A stretch of DNA of 64,000 nucleotides from Phycisphaerae bacterium (GTDB lineage: Bacteria > Planctomycetota > Phycisphaerae > UBA1845 > Fen-1342), in contig JASFQK010000002.1 of the NCBI GenBank assembly GCA_050115495.1, forward strand, positions 1-64,000, read 5' to 3'. Made by a program: the position numbers and the translations under genes. Each line of letters begins with the position of its first letter. The first letter of the stretch is position 1. Of the stretch, positions 58,722 to 64,000 are shown piece by piece. The notes under the pieces were generated by a model. The model had not been told where the DNA came from and did not search any database. It saw only the letters and a program-made list of their open reading frames with translations.

Positions 58722-61070
58722 ATGAACTACAAAACAACCGCTGTGCTCGCATTGCTGGTCATCATCATCGGGGTGGTGTGGATGCTCTACCCGGGAGACG
58801 ACCAACGCGACGTCGCGAAGCCGGTGCCCGAGGAGATCACTGCGACCGAGGCTACCGTTCTCGACCCGTCGCCGGCGCCGGAGACGATTGTCGGTGTGAC
58901 GATTGCGCGGCCGGACAAGCCGAAGCTGGTGTTCGCTCGCGAGCCGCAGGAAGGCGAAGCGGCGCGGATGGGGTCCTGGCGGGCGGTGGAGCCGTTGACC
59001 GTGCCGGTCATGCCGCTGGACAGCCTGCTCTATAGCCTGACGGGGATGACGTCGAGCAAGCAGTTCGAGCCGGGTGCGGCGGGGGCACCGAGTGAGGCCG
59101 ATGTTGGGCTCAACCCGCCGCGCGTGACGGTGACGCTGCGGGACAAGGAGGGTAAGGATTACACGCTCGAGATCGGCGCCAAGGCCGCGGTGGGCGACGA
59201 TACGTACATGCGTGTGGGCGGGAAGAAGACCGTGCACGTCGTAAACGCCGATCTGTTTGCCGGGCTGAGGAAGGATTTCAACGATTACCGCGACAAGAAG
59301 TTGGTTACGCTCAAGGCGGTGGACGCCGTGCGTGTGGAGATTACCACGCCGAGCGAGTCCTGCATCTTCTCGCGGAGCGCGGACAGCCCGAACTGGGTCA
59401 TCGACGCGCCGGTGCAGGCGTACGCCCTGCGGGATCAGGTGCTGGAACTCGTGCGGAGTATCGGCAACCTGCGGGCGACGGACTTCGCCGAGGACGCTCC
59501 GGCGGATCTGGCTCCGTACGAGTTGGACCAGCCGACGCTGACCGCCTCGGTCACGACGGAGACTCGCCGGCCCGTGCCGACGACGCAGGAAGGGCCGACC
59601 ACGGAGCCGGCTGAGCCGCAGTACGAGGTGGAGCGCCAGTCGGTGACGGTGCTGATCGGTGGCTACGCCGACCTGGAGCGCACGACCCGCTACGCCAAGC
59701 TGGCCGACCAGCCGTGGGTGGTGAAGCTACAGCAGAAGGACGTGGAGGGGCTGCTACCGGATCTGAACAAGCTGCGTGACCCGCAGATCACGCGGGTCAA
59801 GGCCGCCAACGCGACGCGGTTGGAGCTGACCGTCGCCGGCGAGAGCGCCACGTTGTGGAAAGAGGGGGCGACCTGGCGCGGTGAAGGGGCGCTGGCCGAC
59901 CTCGAGCTTCCCGCGGTGCAGGACGTGCTGGAGGCGTTCGAGGACCTGAGCGCCATGAACTTTCTGTCGAGCCCGGACCCATTGAGCCGGTACGGTTTGG
60001 CCGAGCCGCGAGCGGTTATTGCCGTTACCACGAGCGGCGCCGTGTCGCCGGTGCGGGTGCTGGTGGGCGATGCGTCGGGCAGCGGGCTGAACACGTACGT
60101 GATGCGTGACGACCAGCCGACGGTGTTCGTGGTCAGCACGGCTCAAGTGCGGCGGCTGATGGTAACGCCGCTGTCGCTGCGTTCGCGGAAAATCTTCACC
60201 GCCAGCGAACGGGACGTGCAGCGCATCACCCTCCAGCGCGGCAAGCAGCACTACGAGCTGTCGCGCACCGGCGATACCTGGACGTTCCAGCAGCCGGCCG
60301 GGGCGCCGATCGATGTGCTGAGCGTGCGGGTGCTGGTCGGCGATCTGTCGCGTCTGCGGGCGCGGCGCGTCGTGGCCGCCCGCGACGATGGCCGATATGG
60401 CCTGGACGAGCCGGCGGTGACGGTGCACTTCACCGTGGCCGAGGCTCCGCCCGCCGAGAGCCAGCCGACCTCGGCGCCGACGACGCAGCCGGTGGAGCAC
60501 GTGCTGCGTGTGGCGCGGCAGGTCGAGGCGGTCTATGCGCAGTTCGACGATGTGCCGTACGTGTTCGAGCTGGACGAGACGGTGTACAAGGTCCTGGCCG
60601 GTGAGTTGATCCGCCGGGAGGTGTTCAGTTTCGCGCCCGAGGACGTCGTCGGCCTGACGGTCGCGGCACCCGGGGGCACGCTGGAGCTGGCCCAGGAGGA
60701 CGGCCAGTGGCAGTTCACGCCCGACCCGTTCGTCAAGTTGGCGCAGCCGAAGGTGAAGGAGCTAATCGCGGGCGTGGCCGGCATGCGCGTCGAGCTCTTC
60801 CTCGAATATGAGAACGCGGACCTGGCGGCGGCGGGGCTGCTGAACGCCCCGGTGACGGTGAGCATCCGGCTGCGCGACGGGACGCTGCACAACCTCAAGA
60901 TCGAGCCGGAGCAGCCGGGGGCGCTGCCACGCGTGGCGGGCCTGGTCGAGGCGCGGCGGACGTTCCTGCTGCAACGGGCGTTTTGCGAGGAGCTGCTTCG
61001 CGGGCTGGATGCCTACCTTCAGACCGATGGCGCGCAACAGCCGCCGATGGCTCCTCTGCCACCCGGCTAA
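58722..61070 (+). CDS. DUF4340-repeat periplasmic protein
   Basis: MNYKTT plus signal; repeated W.....P...L..L.A..F....YGL..P...L.IG units. Confidence 0.8.
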   Translation: MNYKTTAVLALLVIIIGVVWMLYPGDDQRDVAKPVPEEITATEATVLDPSPAPETIVGVTIARPDKPKLVFAREPQEGEAARMGSWRAVEPLTVPVMPLDSLLYSLTGMTSSKQFEPGAAGAPSEADVGLNPPRVTVTLRDKEGKDYTLEIGAKAAVGDDTYMRVGGKKTVHVVNADLFAGLRKDFNDYRDKKLVTLKAVDAVRVEITTPSESCIFSRSADSPNWVIDAPVQAYALRDQVLELVRSIGNLRATDFAEDAPADLAPYELDQPTLTASVTTETRRPVPTTQEGPTTEPAEPQYEVERQSVTVLIGGYADLERTTRYAKLADQPWVVKLQQKDVEGLLPDLNKLRDPQITRVKAANATRLELTVAGESATLWKEGATWRGEGALADLELPAVQDVLEAFEDLSAMNFLSSPDPLSRYGLAEPRAVIAVTTSGAVSPVRVLVGDASGSGLNTYVMRDDQPTVFVVSTAQVRRLMVTPLSLRSRKIFTASERDVQRITLQRGKQHYELSRTGDTWTFQQPAGAPIDVLSVRVLVGDLSRLRARRVVAARDDGRYGLDEPAVTVHFTVAEAPPAESQPTSAPTTQPVEHVLRVARQVEAVYAQFDDVPYVFELDETVYKVLAGELIRREVFSFAPEDVVGLTVAAPGGTLELAQEDGQWQFTPDPFVKLAQPKVKELIAGVAGMRVELFLEYENADLAAAGLLNAPVTVSIRLRDGTLHNLKIEPEQPGALPRVAGLVEARRTFLLQRAFCEELLRGLDAYLQTDGAQQPPMAPLPPG

Positions 61071-61076
61071 GGCCGG

Positions 61077-62195
61077 TCAGGCGGCGGATTCGTCGGGCGA
61101 CGGCACGCCATTGCTGGTCGGGGCGCGCTCCTGGTTGCGCAGCTCGGACAGCACTTCGTACGTCCCCTGCACGAGCAGCTCGTCGCCGTCGACCAGGCGT
61201 GTGTCCGGCGGAGGCATGAGCTGGACGGTGCCACCGCGCGGCGTGCGCTGCACGACGCCCACACCATACTCGACCATGACCTCGGCGACCGTGCGATCGC
61301 AGAGTGGTCCGGCGCGGTGCACGTACCAGCGCTTCATGACGACGAGTTGGTCGTCGATCACGGTGCTGTTGACGATCGAGCTGTCGATGGCGGCCATGAC
61401 GAAGGTGGGGGCGCTGATCGCCGACTGGCTCATGGCTACCTGCAAATTGAACCCGTAGCGAATCTTGTCGGCCATGTTCTGGTCGAACATGCGCAGGACG
61501 ACGCGGATGGCCGGGTTGAAGCGGCGGGCGTCGAGGGCGACCTCGAGGTTGGCCAGATCGTGGTTCGTGGCCAGGACGATGCTCTTGGCCCGGGCGACGT
61601 TGGCGTCTTCGAGAAAGGCTTCGCGGCGGGCGTCGCCGACGAAGAGCGGACAGCCGTCGCGGCGGAGGTCTTCGAGGAATTGGTTGGCGGGGTCGCGCTC
61701 GATGACCACGACGGCTTCGCCGAGCCGCCGCAGGAGCCGGTAGGTCCGGTAGCCGAGCTTGCCGACACCGACGAGGATGATGTGGTTGGAGAGGGCTGCG
61801 GTCATGGTCTTGCACCAACTGCGCTCGTTGCGCCTGCGGTCGCGGAGCAGGAGGGCGAAATCGACGAGGGTTTCCAGGATGACGATCAGCCCAAGGGCCG
61901 GCAGGACGAAGAACAGCCCCTGGAGGATGGGCGAAGTGGGGAACGCCTCGGGTGGTTCGCCGAAGATCAGCGACCAGGTGAAGTAAACGGCCTTGGGCAG
62001 CGAGTGCTGCTTCTCGGGTTCGAGGTGTTTGAACGCCAGCGCGCCGCCCAGCATCAGGAGCACGATCAGCAGCAGGCGGCTGCGGAAGTGGCGCACAGCG
62101 GCGCGCACGAAGCACCATTCGCGCCAGAGCCGCGACGTGCCCCAATGCGGGCGACGCTTCGGCAGGCGGACGGCCTCGAGCGCGTCGGTAAGCAC
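61077..62195 (-). CDS. Two-TM channel-like protein with TrkA-N/TrkA-C (RCK) domains
   Basis: HIILVGVGKLG, GDAR, NLEVALDAR; pore region lacks GYG. Confidence 0.82.
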   Translation of the reverse strand: MLTDALEAVRLPKRRPHWGTSRLWREWCFVRAAVRHFRSRLLLIVLLMLGGALAFKHLEPEKQHSLPKAVYFTWSLIFGEPPEAFPTSPILQGLFFVLPALGLIVILETLVDFALLLRDRRRNERSWCKTMTAALSNHIILVGVGKLGYRTYRLLRRLGEAVVVIERDPANQFLEDLRRDGCPLFVGDARREAFLEDANVARAKSIVLATNHDLANLEVALDARRFNPAIRVVLRMFDQNMADKIRYGFNLQVAMSQSAISAPTFVMAAIDSSIVNSTVIDDQLVVMKRWYVHRAGPLCDRTVAEVMVEYGVGVVQRTPRGGTVQLMPPPDTRLVDGDELLVQGTYEVLSELRNQERAPTSNGVPSPDESAA

Positions 62196-63107
62196 TCAGT
62201 CACACCCCGAAGATACAGGCGACGGGCGGCCCCCCATGGGCCGCTCCAGTTCGTACACGGTATGCGACGTGCACAGCTCTCTCAATACCGGCAGCCGCGG
62301 CAGGACACGGGCCAGTCGGGCCAGCGGGCCGCCGAAGCCCTTCAGCTCGGCCCGGCGGATGTGCAGGCCGACCCGCCGGCAGAGCGTCTCGAAGCGGCCG
62401 ATGGTGAGGCGGTTGACCTCGGGCAGCTCGTCGAGATCGCGCCATTTGTTGGGCTTCTTGCGGCCGTGCTCGTCGAGGTCCCAGTGCCGGGGGACGAAGT
62501 CGGGGGCGTCGTAGATGAGGGCGCAGGTGCGCAGGAGCGTGCGCTCGGAGAACAGCAGGTGGGCCCAGGGGATGGGGGCCAGGCTGTTGATGTGTGGACC
62601 GTACGGATGGAACCAGGGGACCCACAGGATCAGCACGCGGCCGCCGGGCCGCAGGATACGCCGCCACTCGCGCACGATGGCCTCGTAGGCCATGACGTGT
62701 TCGAGCACGTCGAAGCAGAGGATGACGTCGATGCTCGCCGCGGGCAGGGGTATGGTGCGATCGTTGCTGCCGAGGACGAACTCGGGCTTTGTGGGCAGGT
62801 CCGTCGGCGCGGCCCGGGCGCGGTCGATCAGCTCGGGTTTCAGATCGATACCGATCACGCGGCGTGGTCCGCGACGGGCGACGTGGCGGGCCAGGCTACC
62901 GTCGCCGCAGCCGAAATCGAGCACGTCGCGGCCGGTGAGATCGAACCCGCCGAAGTAGCGGTCGTAATGTTCGGCGAGCGTCTGGCTGCGCCAGGCGTCG
63001 TAGTCCTGTTGGCGGAACGAGGCGGGATTGCAGCCGGCAGCGCCGGGCCGTCGGCGGCGGTGCAGGTAGCGGGCCAGGCGATAGCAGAACCAAGTGGCGG
63101 CGTCCAT
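62196..63107 (-). CDS. Class I SAM-dependent methyltransferase
   Basis: VLDFGCGDG, DVLEHV, RILRPGG. Confidence 0.9.
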   Translation of the reverse strand: MDAATWFCYRLARYLHRRRRPGAAGCNPASFRQQDYDAWRSQTLAEHYDRYFGGFDLTGRDVLDFGCGDGSLARHVARRGPRRVIGIDLKPELIDRARAAPTDLPTKPEFVLGSNDRTIPLPAASIDVILCFDVLEHVMAYEAIVREWRRILRPGGRVLILWVPWFHPYGPHINSLAPIPWAHLLFSERTLLRTCALIYDAPDFVPRHWDLDEHGRKKPNKWRDLDELPEVNRLTIGRFETLCRRVGLHIRRAELKGFGGPLARLARVLPRLPVLRELCTSHTVYELERPMGGRPSPVSSGCD

Positions 63108-63293
63108 GGAGCGGCCAAATCCTCCGGAAGCCGTGCGCGATGATCGACGCCGGCCAACGTAGCGTTACGCCGCGCAGGCGGCAAGCGTTTCGAAAGAACG
63201 CCGCGATCTATAACGGCAAATCGGACGGTCTGACGAGACAATAGACGATATCGGCGGGTATGCTGCGCGTGTCGCAGACGAGTATGTGGGAGA

Positions 63294-63710
63294 ATGCCCG
63301 TGTGCCCCGACTGTCGCGAACCTATGCTCGTGCTCGAGCTGGAAGGCATCGAGATCGACCGCTGCGTGGGCTGCGGAGGGACGTGGCTCGACGCCGGCGA
63401 ACTCGAGCAGATTGGGGAGATCGCAGGAATTGCGCCCGGACAGATCACGGCGGCACTGGCGGCGGCCGGCAAGGGCCAGCGCGGCCAGCGGCGGTGTCCG
63501 CGCTGCGGGCGGAAGATGCACCTGGTGACGCTGGGGACGGATGAGCCGGTGACCGTGGATCAGTGCCCGATCGGCCACGGGCTGTGGCTGGACGCCGGAG
63601 AGCTGCGGGCCGTGGTGCGGTCGTTTGCCGGCGGTGAGGAAGGGGCGGTGGCCCGGTTCTTTGGAGACATGTTCCGCCACGATCTGGCGGACGAGCCCGA
63701 CGGAGGATGA
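63294..63710 (+). CDS. Double zf-TFIIB zinc-ribbon protein
   Basis: [21 protein letters not shown] and [20 protein letters not shown]. Confidence 0.88.
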   Translation: MPVCPDCREPMLVLELEGIEIDRCVGCGGTWLDAGELEQIGEIAGIAPGQITAALAAAGKGQRGQRRCPRCGRKMHLVTLGTDEPVTVDQCPIGHGLWLDAGELRAVVRSFAGGEEGAVARFFGDMFRHDLADEPDGG

Positions 63711-63712
63711 GC

Positions 63713-64000
63713 ATGTTCGGACCTCTCGGAATGTTGGGACCTCTCGGATTTGCGTTGCTGGGGCTTTGTGTCCTGGCGCTGCTGGTCGCGTTCTGGCTGA
63801 TCGGCATCTACAACGGGCTGGTGAAACTGCGTAACGAGGTGAAGAACGCCTGGGCGCAGATCGACGTGCAGCTTAAGCGGCGGCACGACCTGATCCCGAA
63901 CCTGGTGGAGACGGTCAAGGGCTACGCCGGCCATGAGAAGAGCACGCTCGAAGAGGTGGTGCGGGCCCGGGCGGCGGCCGTTTCGGCACAGGGCGTCGAG
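63713..64000 (+). CDS. lemA: Second LemA family protein (partial, runs off the window; absent from the ORF track)
   Basis: Translation [12 protein letters not shown]...[44 protein letters not shown]. Confidence 0.9.
   Translation, partial: MFGPLGMLGPLGFALLGLCVLALLVAFWLIGIYNGLVKLRNEVKNAWAQIDVQLKRRHDLIPNLVETVKGYAGHEKSTLEEVVRARAAAVSAQGVE

Overview
High-GC (visibly about 65-70%) bacterial chromosome segment. It is most likely from Planctomycetota (Phycisphaerae-like), inferred from the dockerin-like GDxNCDG..FDI..FV C-terminal domain, the pilin-like gene and the gene repertoire. About 52 CDS. Housekeeping genes include coaE, rho, hemW, aroA, pyrE, ispF, rpsA, ugd, thiE and dgt. The main points of interest are: (1) a stand-alone type VI secretion membrane-complex operon, tssJ-tssK-tssL-tssM-tagF, with an unusually long TssM and no tube, sheath, spike or other baseplate genes in the window; (2) an orphan FliA/WhiG (sigma-28) gene, plus a recurring CAAG-N15-(G/C)TCGATA(A/C) promoter-like motif upstream of prkA-yeaH, a pilin-like gene and a c-di-GMP operon (receiver, HD-GYP, PelD-like degenerate GGDEF); (3) a candidate 6S RNA with a terminator, not represented in the ORF track; (4) an alpha/beta-hydrolase plus GH3 acyl-amido synthetase pair; (5) a B12-binding domain-MeaB fusion, a gingipain (C25) with a dockerin-like tail, a GldAFG-like ABC system with a DUF4340-repeat protein, two LemA modules and several REP-like elements. 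No rRNA, tRNA, CRISPR array or transposase was seen. All calls come from motif reading by eye; no database searches were run.
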